Assembly: GCF_006345805.1 (NCBI RefSeq)
Contig: NC_042999.1
Span: 173,228,001-173,292,000, forward strand
Length of the DNA stretch: 64,000 nucleotides
Direction of reading: 5' to 3'
Source: Octopus sinensis
Lineage: Eukaryota
A program made the position numbers and the translations under genes. The notes beneath the pieces are model-generated. The model did not search any database. It saw only the letters and a program-made list of their open reading frames with translations, and was not told the origin of the DNA. Positions within the stretch are counted from its first letter, which is position 1, and every line of letters begins with the position of its first letter. Positions 12,795 through 26,987 of the stretch are shown here, piece by piece.

Positions 12795-13789
12795 ATCGCA
12801 CTGGGACGATTTACTTGATGCAAATCGAAGCCTAGAGTAACGCACAAATCAATTGATTCCAAACTCCCAGTTGAATAATGTTATCATTTACAAACATATT
12901 TTATTATATCAACTCTAATTTCGACGGAAACAAGAAGCACGTTAAGAACGCATTATCGCTTTGTGTATAATTTGGTACCTACAAATAGATGTTAGGCGCT
13001 CGTCTACCATACATCACAAATATTCGCAGGCAACCCTCAACGCAAAGATGTTTGGAAGCACAGGCGTGTATGTGCGCCTGCGTGTTTGTGTGTATGTGTG
13101 TATGAGTGTCTGGTGCGAGAGCATATATGTGCATATATAAACGAGTGTGCACATATAAGCATGTTTACGCCATTATGTATATAATTGCCTTACTTCATCA
13201 TATACATAGAATGTGCACATTTATATACTTTAATCTACAATGACATGTATGTTTATATGTGTGCGTTTGTGCACACGCACGCACACACACATGTATGTAT
13301 GTATATGTACCTATATATAATATGTATATATATTTATATGTATATATTTATATATATATTTGCAATGAACTTGTGTTGTCTATATATGCATATACATCTA
13401 TATATGCATATATACATCTATATATGTATGCATACTTCGTTATATATATAAAGTGAGAGAGAGAGAGAGAGAAAGAGAAAGTTACACATAAGTGTGTGAT
13501 TGTATGAGTGCATGTGTGTAGAGTTTTCCAATTAAGATGTCGAAAAGAACGTCCTGTGGGAAATTAAGATACAACACAATGTTAAAGTACTAAATCTTAT
13601 ACAGAGAAATATTTTTTTTTTACTTCTCTCTCTCCTTGTTATCACTACATAGGATAAGACAGTTTCGATTTTCACTTTCAATTCCTAGACAACACTATAT
13701 TAATTATGACACTTCGGATAAATCAAGTAAACATAAAGAAAAACAACTTGCAGAATATTATAAAACAAGATATAGGCATGTGTATGTAT

Positions 13790-14305
<516 letters not shown>

Positions 14306-14591
14306 ACAAGTGAAAATCAAAGTGGAAAATAGCCTTATAGTCTCAAATGAACATCTGAGAAAAATGGACAGAACTCTCAGCGTGAAATTGGTAGTTTTTA
14401 TTGTCATGAATCATGTTATTCCTTAAACTATATAATATGAATATACGAAATTACACAAACACGTAGAAATATTCTTATCGAATTGTTAGTATGCCTTTAC
14501 CGTTTATTGCAGACAAGCTTCTTCTTTTTCGTTTCCTCATCTGTTGTTCTTTCACCTCTTTTTCGTGTCTTTTTGTACTTTTAGATTTGCT

Positions 14592-14650
<59 letters not shown>

Positions 14651-14677
14651 AGTGTGTGTATGTATAAAGATAAATTA

Positions 14678-14978
14678 AATAGAGGGATACTATTGACAAT
14701 CCAATACTTTGTATTATAGTATTATATGATATTCTATTAATATAACAATATTATATAACATAAACAATTATTTGAAAAAACCCTAAAAGGCCAACGAATT
14801 TTTTCGACTTATGTATATATATATATATATCTACAATAACAGTTCCCTTATGTATATGAATCGAAACAATGTGTTGGCCTTTTATGTTGGCCTTGTTTGT
14901 TATATAGTATTTTGTTATATTATATTCATAGTATTATAATAGCAATAAATTATTGGATTGTCAATAGTATCTCTCTAT
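14678..14978. repeat. Imperfect inverted repeat (MITE-like)
   Basis: aatagagggatactattgacaatccaata... is mirrored by ...tattggattgtcaatagtatctctctatt. Arms are ~110-120 bp. Confidence 0.75.
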
Positions 14979-15104
14979 TGAATGTATCTTTGTAATTGCA
15001 TTATATCCATATATATATATTGTTTCCAACTGACTTACAAGTGAATTTTATGTTTAATTCACTGGTAATCCATACCCCTTTGAAGGATCTCTTTTCCTCA
15101 GTTC

Positions 15105-15170
15105 GTATATATATATATATATATATGTATGTATATATGCACACGCACGCACATAAGTATATATATATAA

Positions 15171-15220
<50 letters not shown>

Positions 15221-15242
15221 ATATGCACACGCACGCACATAA

Positions 15243-15314
<72 letters not shown>

Positions 15315-15336
15315 ATATGCACACGCACGCACATAA

Positions 15337-15426
<90 letters not shown>

Positions 15427-15472
15427 TTATGTATATATGCACACGCTCGCACATATATATATATATATATAT
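15105..15472. repeat. Minisatellite: gtatatatgcacacgcacgcacataag + (TA)n, x4
   Basis: Unit visible near 15130, 15218, 15311 and 15431. Confidence 0.85.
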
Positions 15473-16747
15473 ATAACGACAATTTAGAAAATCACTTCAC
15501 CTTCCTCTGATATTTATTAAGTACATGAAACTACGACTACGAGTAGTGAGATATAGTGAAATATTCTATCCTCCCCCACCGTCATAGTGTACATTTTTTG
15601 ATCAATTTCATTTGAAAGCAGTGTGAAATCGTTGTAATTTTTATGTATATCTTAACAATATTAACCATGTTTCGCTGATTATTTTTATGAGCCTATGTAC
15701 TAGCAAGTGTAGATATAAAACATTCACTTAACAACACTCTTGTCCCAATGAAAAGAACAATGATGTCACTGACTATGAGAGAGACTTCTGTGCCAATATC
15801 AGGTCGGCGCTCTTCTCAGGTAAGAGTCTGGTCCAATATGAAATAGAATGCCTTGCTTAAGGAGAAAGTACACTGCATAGTGCAGGAATCAAAGTCACGA
15901 AGTTACGAGTTTGATAGTAACTTCCCTTCACACTTCGTTTTCATATATGAAAGTGAATATTTTTCGTCTTACCCGTTTACAACACCTTCCAAAGCGATGT
16001 CGCCTACCCAGCTCTAAATACTACACTTCAGTTACATTATCAATGACGCAAATTAAGAAGACTGCCTGAAGCCCTATAGTTAACGTTACTTGTAGTCAAA
16101 TTCGTACTTCATCATCCAGAATAAAGTAAGTTGTGTCTGATGTTATGAGATTGTGCGAAGGATAAACATTAATAACAAATCTAAAAAAAAGATTAAAATG
16201 GACGTTCCACTTTCTGTAGTTTGGAATGACTGTTTACATACGCATGTCTCTCTTTATCTCTTAATATCCCTCTGTCTCTCTCTCTCACTCTTCCTTTCTC
16301 TTCATAAACACTCGTACAGGCCTGCATGTGATGCAGACCTATAATTTGGATCGCTCTTAACACGTATTTTCGAAAATATCAACTCAAATGATGTTTTCTA
16401 TATCTAAATATGTTTATAGAAGAGAAAAAATTGTCGGTTTAAACGGTGGGGCCTGTAATAAAAGTGTGATTTTCTATCTACGTATTTTTGTTGCCTAATA
16501 CCATTGAATTTCTCGAAATTCTTTTAAATGATATTTGGATTTAAATATCATACCGGACGAATTAATTTTGATGTGTATTCTATTTACGTGTTTTCTAGTG
16601 TGAGGTTGTTGGATATAGTTAACCAAATATGTTTAAAACTAAGTATTTTATTGATAGCTACTTGTTATTTTTAATCTGTTTTTAGTTATTACGTTCAAAT
16701 ATATATACATATATGTGTATGTATATATATATATGCAGACAGACAGA

Positions 16748-16900
16748 ACGCGGTAATAAGTTTGCTTACCAACCACATGCGTCTCGGTTCAGTCTCTCTG
16801 CGCTACGTCTTGAACAAATAACATCTACTACACCCTCAGGCCGACCAAAGCCTTGTGAGTGGAGTTGGTAGGTTGGTAGATGCATCAGACAGAAGCCCGC
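16748..16900 (+). mobile_element. tRNA-derived SINE head
   Basis: ggtaataagtttgcttaccaaccacatg...ggccgaccaaagccttgtgagtgga...agaagccc. Confidence 0.8.
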
Positions 16901-16919
16901 TTTCTCTCTCTCTCTCTCT

Positions 16920-17019
<100 letters not shown>

Positions 17020-17286
17020 TATATTTATTCATTTATTTATTTATGTGCTAGTGTATGTAATTGTCCGCAGTCACTGCTTGACTTACGGTATTGCTTTGTT
17101 TACGTGCCAAAAATCTGTCAGTTTGAGATGAGATGTCGATAGAATAAATAACAGTGTTTATAAATTATGAACTGGGGTCTATTACTTCAACAAAGGCCCT
17201 TCTGTATGTACGCATTCCAATGACTAAAATAAGGGGGAAAACATTATATATACATGCACACAAACACATAACTCATATTATATATA

Positions 17287-17815
17287 TATATAGAAAATAG
17301 TAAAAAGTTAAAAAAAACTACAGAAGGCTTGTTTTAAAAGTTTAAAAAATATATATTTGAGTCATTATGTCAGAAGAATGTTATAAATTTTTTCATAGAA
17401 TGACATAGTTTTTGAAGAAATGACCGGTTTCGCGTTCAGCTTTTCAAATTTCTTACATCATTATGATTTCGTTGAGAAGGGTAAAGAAGAGTTCCAGGTA
17501 AGGTGAGGTAATAAGAAACTCACCCCCCCCCCCAAAAAAAAGGCAAGAAATATTAAGCGATTATCTCCCTTACACCGGAAGAAATCACTTATTACCTCCC
17601 CTTACCTGGAACTCTTCTGTACACTTCTCAACGAAATCATAACGATGTAAGAAATTTGAAAAGCTGAACGCGAAACCGGTCATTTCTTCAAAAACTATGT
17701 CATTGTATGAAAAAAATTTATAACATTCTTCTGACATAATGACTCAAATATATATTTTTTAACCTTTTAAAACAAGCCTTCTGTAGGTTTTCCACTTTTT
17801 ACTATTTTCTATATA
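17287..17815. mobile_element. Fold-back element / long-TIR MITE (~230-bp arms, ~72-bp spacer)
   Basis: 17287-17515 is the reverse complement of 17588-17815 with only scattered mismatches; TA at both ends. Confidence 0.8.
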
Positions 17816-17849
17816 TTCAACCACGTGCTTTCACACGCCAACTTTCTCA

Positions 17850-17897
<48 letters not shown>

Positions 17898-20256
17898 TGT
17901 CTGTGTGTATACATATACATACAAAAGAATGAAAGGGGCGGCAGCAGAAATCTAGAATAGTCTTATGTATGGAACTTGGAAAAGTACAAATCAAGAAGAA
18001 AATTTAAAATATTGCTGCTGAAATTAGATTTTAAAAAATAAACTATTGTTACTGTCTTTGTACTGTCTTTGAATTAAAACACAGAAGAAACTATTTATTT
18101 TCAATTTTCGTGAAAATGCTAATTGTCTGCAAGTTTATACATTAAAAATTTGATATTACAAATTTATATATTTTTAAAAATCGCCTAATAGCAATTTAAG
18201 CAAAATTGGCAATTACAACCCATAAGTTAGAGAACCATTTCTATATTTTGCGCTCAATTTGTTCATTTTTTTAAAGATAATTTTCTAATGGTAAATAGAA
18301 AATTCCTTGTTATCTGATAATGGAAACTTCAGAGAAATTGTTTTGTTTCTTAAAAAAAAAGATTTTTTTTTACCATTTTTTACTCTTTTGAATTACATAT
18401 AGTCTACATGAGTTTAATTTTGTAACACAATATCACTGATTTAAAAGTTTTGGATAAATTGTTTTCTTTAAAAAAACAGATTTAAAATAATTTAATACTA
18501 AAAATAATACAGAAATATTTTAGCTTCATATAAAGAATTTTTTAAGTAAAAAATATTGACTTAGATTTTTTAAACTAGCAATAAAATGCATTAAAAACAT
18601 ATATAATAAACAAAACAGAGCACACTCTATTTCATGAATAATTTCAGAAATTTATATAGCAAATTCGAACCTCAGCTCCAATATTTTAATTCTCACTTCT
18701 TGTTCTGTTCTCTTCCAGATTCAAATCTTAAGAATATCCTAGAATACTGCACTTGCATTTTTTCTTCTAGTCCACTTTTTCTTTAGGGAACGCTGCTGTC
18801 ATTAAAATGAATTACCCTAACGTTTATAATTGAAAAAACTGATAGCATTGTAAATGTTTTTAATTATACATTTTGCTCAAACAGAAATTTTGTTTACACA
18901 AATAAATAACGAAATATTAATAGCAGGAAATCTGTTACAAATAAATTTTCAGACAATTTTTTTAAAAATAATTTTATATTCTAATTATATATATAGATTG
19001 AATAATTGATAATTAGTTTTTTGAATGTTACATTTCAATTTCAATATGATTTTAATACATAGATATTTTAATACATATTCAGTGTAATAAAAATTAATTC
19101 GAAATGGCAAGAATGCCATAACTATTTTTATGCTTCTTATTTTTAGACGGGGTTTTCTTTAAGATATTCGTCTGGATGGAATCTTTCATTTGAATTCGAA
19201 TATTATTATTTTTGTCTTTCAGAAAGACAAAAAACTAATTTGATTTCATAACATCATCGCTATTTTATCGCCACTTAAAGCCACTCAACTTTTTTTTTGT
19301 AGCTAATATTTCTTGACTGTCTTTCTCCATAAGATTCGTCTCACAATGCTCTTGCTTTTGAAGTAAATTTTGAACGAAAAACAGAGAGGATATCGCCTTA
19401 AACGACTGGCTAGGTATATTTACAAAACAGGAAAAGTGCCCGGCAAGCCGCTAGAGTATGGAGCTCTGCGCCTCATACATACACACCGGTTAAATGCTCA
19501 GTACCACTAAGGTAAGCAACCCATAAGGCTAAATATTTTAATAGGACAAAAATATCTTAATTTGTTAACATGATCACCTTTTGTTGATTGCCAACCAATT
19601 TGGTGCAACTAATATTTTTTGACGATGTTTTCATCATAAGATTCCACTCATAAAGTTCTTACGTTTTACTACCACAATTGTATAGTATTCTTTAACAATA
19701 AGTGAGATATTTTGATTCAAAACCATTTTTAGTGGTTACTTAAAGTCACACAACGTTTTCACTTGCGAATACTTTTTAACGAGATATTCATCAAAATATT
19801 CTTTGGAACGAGCACATTCTATTAAACCCAATTAATCTCAACTTTTTTCGAAGTTAATTTTTCACTTTAATTTTCCATATTTTGATCTAACTTTTTTTCC
19901 TAATTAACCAAATTTCAATTATTTTATCTCAGAATGTAGCTTAAAACTGGACCGTCATCGCTAAAAAAACACACCCAATTTGGTTGCGAACTGAATTGGT
20001 AATGAAGCGTAAAATTTCACGCGAATAACTAAAAGTTGACCGTAATAATATACTCACTCACTGCTGTGGGTGGCACGTCCTCAGATTCATTTTTATCCGA
20101 TATTCTGTTTTTAATTGTTTGTTTTACACACACAATACGGAACCAAAAATTCAGCAGAAAATATTTTCGAAGATATTAATGCCTCTATTATTATCTTATG
20201 TAACAATTAAGAATGAAAATAACAGAGTCAATTATATTGGCGATTGCAGGTATAAG

Positions 20257-20609
20257 AAGCATTAAATAGCAGAAGGATTAAAATTGCACAATGGACATAC
20301 AAAGTATGTCTACCTACTGGAAATAAAGGTTGCAATTCTTATAATAAGAGTTTTCACTGTTATTTCAAGTAGGTAGACATACTTTGATTAATTATCTATC
20401 GATCTATCTATGTATCTATCTATCGATCTCTCTCTCTATATATATATAGATAGATAGACAGACAGACAGATAGATAGATAATTAATCAAAGGGCATACAA
20501 AGTATGTCTACCTACTTGAAATAACCTTGAAAACTCTTACTATTTCCATTAGGTAGACATACTTTGTATGTCCATTGTGCAATTTTAATCCTTCAGCTAT
20601 TTAATGCTT
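20257..20609. repeat. Nested palindrome with a microsatellite centre
   Basis: Four copies of caaagtatgtctaccta in alternating orientation (20300+, 20370-, 20498+, 20550-). Confidence 0.85.
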
Positions 20610-20915
20610 GTTGCCAACTTAATGTGGCAGTCCGAGGAAAGGGATTAATGCTACTGCTATTTAGCCCCAAGAAACACCGTCTCTATTTGGTTACGCGACA
20701 CAGGCGTTCTGTTTCCATAAGTTTTCAAACAGCGGAGATAAGCACCTCCACCCAATAATGCCAGTATATCGAGTGGAGTTGCTTATTTCCCCTATCTGAA
20801 AACTTAATGACAGAACGCTTGCGTTGTGAAACCAATTAAAACGGTGTTTCTTGGGGCTAAATGACAGCAGCATTCTTCCCTTTCCTGCGACTGCCACATT
20901 AAGTTAGCAACAAGC
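20606..20915. mobile_element. Palindromic MITE-like element
   Basis: gcttgttgccaacttaatgtggcagtc... is mirrored by ...gactgccacattaagttagcaacaagc. The opposite-strand ORFs 20564+ and 20691- translate to similar peptides. Confidence 0.8.
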
Positions 20916-20984
20916 CATCAAGTTATCGTGCTGCAACTGCATAACTTTCTTTTATAAATTTAGAAATGCAATATTTCTAATGAT

Positions 20985-21017
<33 letters not shown>

Positions 21018-21029
21018 CATATACATATA

Positions 21030-21138
<109 letters not shown>

Positions 21139-22212
21139 AGCCTGAAGCCGGTCGTGTATTTTCTCTTCCTCTTGAATATTTATACACCGTAGGTTTTTAA
21201 TTGTTTTTCAAAAGTACGTCATCAACTTCTAAAAAGTTTAAATTTTTAATTCATTTATTATGTGTTAAAAACCGAACACGCCTGGATTTAAAAGTTTCCA
21301 ATTTTCAATAGTTTCCAGTCTGTACTATCTACAGTTTTAGATAACATGAAAACAAACTCGTTTTTAGCCAATAAACTTAACGTTTCTGCAGAATTTAATT
21401 CCGTCCGTAGCAAAAAAATTCGATTTTCTTCTCGTATATGTAGAAAATTATTGCTGGTTAAAATCAAATACTTGACGTTTAACAGCGTTATATTATTTTA
21501 TGTTGGGTAATATTCATTATTCTGCCCACATTGGGGAAAATAGTTTCCCATATTATACAAGACTCTAAAACTGATCAATAAGGTTAAACAAAAAATACTA
21601 AACAAGTATTTCTAAGTAGAGGATTGTTACATCCACACCTTAACAATGGTTCGTGTGGCTACTTCCTTCGTGTAATGTTTAGAACTGAATAGACGAAAAC
21701 CTCGTTGGGTCTTAATTTTTACGCGTTCCCTTTAACCGTCGAATATTAAAATACTACTACTACGTTAGTATATAAATATATATAATATTTTGCTGTGTAT
21801 CTGCATAATAGAAAAAATATCTGGATCTATAACAGGAGCGTCGCATTTCATTTCCTGCCTGAATCACCAGCAAATGTGATATAATTCAACTCAAATATTC
21901 TCGACGTAAATATAATAGGCCGATAAATCTGTCGAAAATGCACCATACCATATATATATTATTAATAATTCATGGTTTTAGTAATTTTGCTATTATTTTC
22001 TGTAATGTGTTTGAAAAGGTATAACCAACACATCATCTTATATCAACTTCTTTTAAATCGTATCCATAGAAGGAAAACAAAGATATTACAGTAAGACTTC
22101 AATTCAGCATTATAAAGAAAATATTTCACTATCCAATTCTAAATGCACCGATAATTTTCTATGAAATATTTATATCCATAGCGAACATCGGAAAAATACG
22201 TTATCAATGAGA

Positions 22213-22322
22213 ACCCAAGTTCGAAATTACCCCAGGACACCTGATGAAGCCTGGGGAGTACATTAGCCGAAATGTGTCAATAACAATCAAGATGAGGACA
22301 AATATCCGTCAAATGTAAATAA
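22213..22322 (+). mobile_element. Penelope-like pLTR fragment with a broken hammerhead
   Basis: GACAC-CTGATGA-ag...gc-CGAAA-t-GTGTC. Stem I and the core are intact, but stem III and the cleavage triplet are missing. Confidence 0.55.
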
Positions 22323-22735
22323 GTCTATTCTCATACCGAATGTAGGTCCTGTGGTTGAATATTTTGCCCGTTAGGTCTATTTCGTGCTGCACTACTATAA
22401 CAAAATTTATTATAGTGAATGGATATTACAAAATGAAGTTCTACGGAGAGCAATTGAGAAATTCTTCGCAGTAGTAGTTAGTTACGAAGGGTATAGTTTT
22501 GAATAAAATGTTATAAATAAGAATGGAGAAGTTGTACGAAAAGAAACCTCCACCCATGGCATGATAATTCTTCTCATCTGAGACCTCGAACAGCAATGGA
22601 TTGTATCACTATCTACATATAAATACAAAACATACACACATATATCTTGCTCTATATATTGGCTACTCTTCGAAAACATAAACGTCTCTCTCTTTCTCTC
22701 TCTATATATATGTGTATTTCTATATGTGTATAGAA

Positions 22736-22806
<71 letters not shown>

Positions 22807-23730
22807 TATATATATATTTATATATGCGTGTGTTTGAGTGCGTGTGTGCGTGCATCTGTATATGTATGAATGTGTGCGTGGTCGTGTGTTTCTCAACGAA
22901 TATGTGCTTTTATCTATGTATGAGTGACTATATGGAGGCATAATGATTGAATTGACAGAGACGTGAGACGTCTTATAATTTATGAATATACAAAATCGAC
23001 CTCCTTCTTTTCTGAATATTACCTAGCGATAACTATGCAACCTACATAAATAATTCCCTACAAGGAATCAAAATCGGATTACATTTACATTTGGGAAAAT
23101 ACGATGTCATGAATATTATTAAGATGTATCAATTCTGCAGTTAAAAATTTGTATTGAATATGTTAGAAGACAGGTTAGAATCACAAACAAACAATCATAT
23201 AACGAATACACTGCGTAATCAGTGGACATAAATCATTCTGTCTCTTTAGAACTGTCAAGATATATCATGATGGTAAATCACTGCATCTGACGGAACATGT
23301 TTGTTTCAAAAATATAGTTTTGGTTAAAGAACAACAACAACAAAAAAATATTTTATATTTTGTCGCAAAATTAAGGATGGATAGTATTTTAGAACGTCAA
23401 TCAGAGAAATAATGGTTTGTATTGTGACGCTGCCGCAGGAGCCAGGGCACGAAATGAACCAAGTGATTTCAGTCTCAAACTACATGGCTTAGTTCCTATG
23501 GAGTCAAACAAACTGACGATAAATTGCTTGTCTTAGTGATCCGGTCCTAGTAGTGAACACAATTGAGTTTACGACAGCCTCGCTTGCTAAGTAGTGGAAC
23601 TAAATATAACACAATTTAATTAGCAACAAGTAATGTTGTACGTAAACTTTAATTTAGTCTAGGATGCGAAATTGCATCACAGATTCGTTTTGTTAACGAA
23701 AATAAATTTTTCTATAGATAATTACATTTT

Positions 23731-23790
23731 ATTAGGTCATATTGGATTTCAGACATTTTATTAGGTCATATTGGATTTCAGACATTTTAT
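23731..23790. repeat. 29-bp tandem duplication
   Basis: attaggtcatattggatttcagacatttt x2. Confidence 0.9.
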
Positions 23791-24239
23791 TGAGGTAAGA
23801 TTTCCGTCAAGTTCATTATTATTATTTTCTTCTTTTTTTTTTGATATGGTCTCGGAACGTTGCTTTTCGTACATGTTCATCGCTAATCCATTGTTTTTAT
23901 TTTTATTGGCGTTTCCAACGACCTATAATTGTAAAATGCACTTGACCAGTGCTACGGTATGTCAGCAGTCATGTCCTCATTATTATTTAACATTGTAATT
24001 AGGGCTTTTTTCTAGCTATTGCAAAAAAAGAAAGACATAGACAAAAGAACTTCAGTTATGTACATAATGTACATAATTCCTCATCTCTCAAATAGAACAA
24101 TGGGAATAGACTTACCTAAAACATTTGACGCATAACTTCATTTGAAATTTATAGAATGCCATGTCACTATATCGCATGTCTAACTTATGTGTAGGAACAT
24201 ATATGTAACAGCGGAATGTTCTGCTAACTCACTTCTAAA

Positions 24240-24395
24240 CGCGTGGCTGTGTGGTAAGAAGCCGGTTTCCCAACCACATGGTTCCGGGTTCAGTCTCACC
24301 GTGTGGCAACTTGGGCAATTCTCTTCTACTATAGCTTCCGGCCGACCAAAGCATTGTAAATTGATTTCGTTGACGAAAACTGAAAGAAGCCCGTC

Positions 24396-24455
<60 letters not shown>

Positions 24456-24480
24456 GTGTGTGTGTATTTGTGTGTCTGTT
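24240..24480 (+). mobile_element. tRNA-derived (CORE/OR-like) SINE
   Basis: gcgtggctgtgtggtaagaag...ggttccgggttcagtc...caacttgggcaat...ggccgaccaaagc...gaaaactgaaagaagcccgtcg + (TA)n. Confidence 0.88.
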
Positions 24481-26285
24481 TACGACAGCCTCGCTTTGAT
24501 GACATATGCAGGAGTTCAATTTAAGACACGCAAGCTCAAGAACAGAAAATTAGGGAATAGACGAAGATTTAATACACAAAGTGGATGAGTTAATAAGAAG
24601 GGGCATTTTTGTGCAGAAACTAACCACGTCTGGTGATATTTTTATACATTCTGTAGGGCTGTCGTTTGAGTAGACTTGTTAAGAATTAAAATAACCTATA
24701 AATCCAGGCGACAAAATGAGATGCATAAGGAGGAAGAATATTAATCTAAAAGAACAAATGAAAACTGTATCAGAATCAAATTTTGGATTCAAGGCCTGGG
24801 AAAGATCTGAATGCAGAACGCAGCGCCTTAGCAAAATAGAATTAATGTGTAAAATGGGGAGGCCGTTGCGGAGGAGGAAAAATACCATCTAAAATCGCCT
24901 CTTCACGGTCCCCTTCTAATTTGTCAGGAAACCGATCGTACTGTCAATATCTAGGATGAAGAAACTCTTGAGTGACATCTGGAGGCGGTGGCACATTTTT
25001 TTGTGGGGCAATAATGATATTGGCAGGCATTGCATTTGATAGAGTTAATCTATATTTTATAAAGAATAACATATCTGAAACGGCAGTGTGATATCAGTAT
25101 CACGTTGATAAAAAAAAACATGGGTTTATAGTCATGATATAGTTTGCAGTATGACTATGGTCTCTTTTTATTTCATGCACATTAGTATTGTTCGTAAAAG
25201 AGCATTTCCAATACGTTTTAGGTTGTAACTATATCAAAATCTCGTCATAGTCACGTAAAACTACTCCAAATGTTGCCGACTTTGGGCAGCCTATAAACGT
25301 ATGAAAAAAATAAAGGAAAACACTCAGAAGCGGGTATATGTATAATGTATGTCTTTGTTAACTTGAGAATCGTAATGAAATTACTAACACAACAACATTG
25401 AATGAAGAAAAATACATAGTACATTTTCATGTTTACAACAAGACTAGTGAACTGAAATTCTTAGAATATGAAGGTATGTATCCTCATATAATGATGCATG
25501 CATACATCTGTACGTGTGTATGTGAATGCATATAGAGACAGAGTATGAAAGGATTAAATATATAGTCAGAAGACAGAAATCGAAATATATCAAAATGTGA
25601 ATATCAGATTTTGAGAATGTTCATGATATTAAACATGTTATTATTAATATATATCGTCAATTGAAGGCTAAGGAAACTTATATAAATTTTATATTTGATT
25701 CTCAAATGTTATATGACAGAAACAATTCAGTCAGTTTTAAGCTCATTTGTTATATTCCATGTACCTATTTCCCTTCATAAGTGATACAAGTAGAGCGAAT
25801 AATGAATAAGTATGAGGCAAAATCGACTCATATGCCTAATTTCCTTCACTCATTAACATGTAGCTAAAGCGTGAGAAAGTATCAGGCTCTTATATCCACT
25901 TAAATTAGACATTAACTGAATTCAGCACTTTAATCATCCAAGCATGTGCTTTGTTCAGAAATAAAAAAAAGGACATTATTAGTATTAAATATGGGGTATT
26001 TCCACAATATATAGAACAAAATGCACATTCAGAAATATATTTTCAAAGACCCAAAGTAGAATGCATCTTCATGAAAAAAATCTCCTGTACACATTTATAT
26101 ATGTGCGCGCAGATGTCAACACACATGATCACAAACACATGCGCACATGTATATTACATAGGAATATAAATTCATCAAAAGTATTTTTAAAATATGTCAA
26201 TAGATTTCATTGTGTTGCGTTTAAGATGAATGATTATTTTTGGATAAAGCTTTGATGTACGTAAATATACATTCATACACGCGCG

Positions 26286-26324
<39 letters not shown>

Positions 26325-26602
26325 ACATTTTTTAAGCTGATTCATGTAATTTATAATAATTCACATATTTCTAGATATATTTTTCTGTTTCTATCTCTAT
26401 CAACTTTATCATTTTCGCTCTTACATACGTTTCGTTTTCACTCTCACTCACTCTTTTACTCTCTCTCTTCTCTTTCTCTCTCTCTTTTACTCTCTTTCTC
26501 TCTTTCTTTCTCTTTTCTATGTCACATTTTTTTAATGAATTTTTCCAAATATTTACATATGATATGTCTCTCTCTTTCTTTCTCTCTCTCTCCCTCTCTT
26601 TC

Positions 26603-26648
<46 letters not shown>

Positions 26649-26952
26649 ATATATATATACCTAAATTCAATACAGACAAAGTATACACAATAGACCCAAG
26701 CACATACGAACATACAAAATCGCATATGTATGTGTTTCTCTGTGTCATTGTGTGTTTATAAAACAAATATATTTATATTTATATATATATGTATATAAAT
26801 ATATATATATGTGTGTGTGTGCGTATGTCTATATATACGTATATATATATATATGTATATATATGCATATATATGTATATATATGCATATATATGTATAT
26901 ATACATATGTATACAGAAGTACACATTATATATATACACACACATATATATG

Positions 26953-26987
<35 letters not shown>

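Noticed and set aside
19970-20120. Possible promoter/first exon (CCAAT-like boxes, aaaaATG and gtgagt on the minus strand)
   Set aside because: Such motifs are frequent by chance in AT-rich DNA, and no downstream exons were identified.
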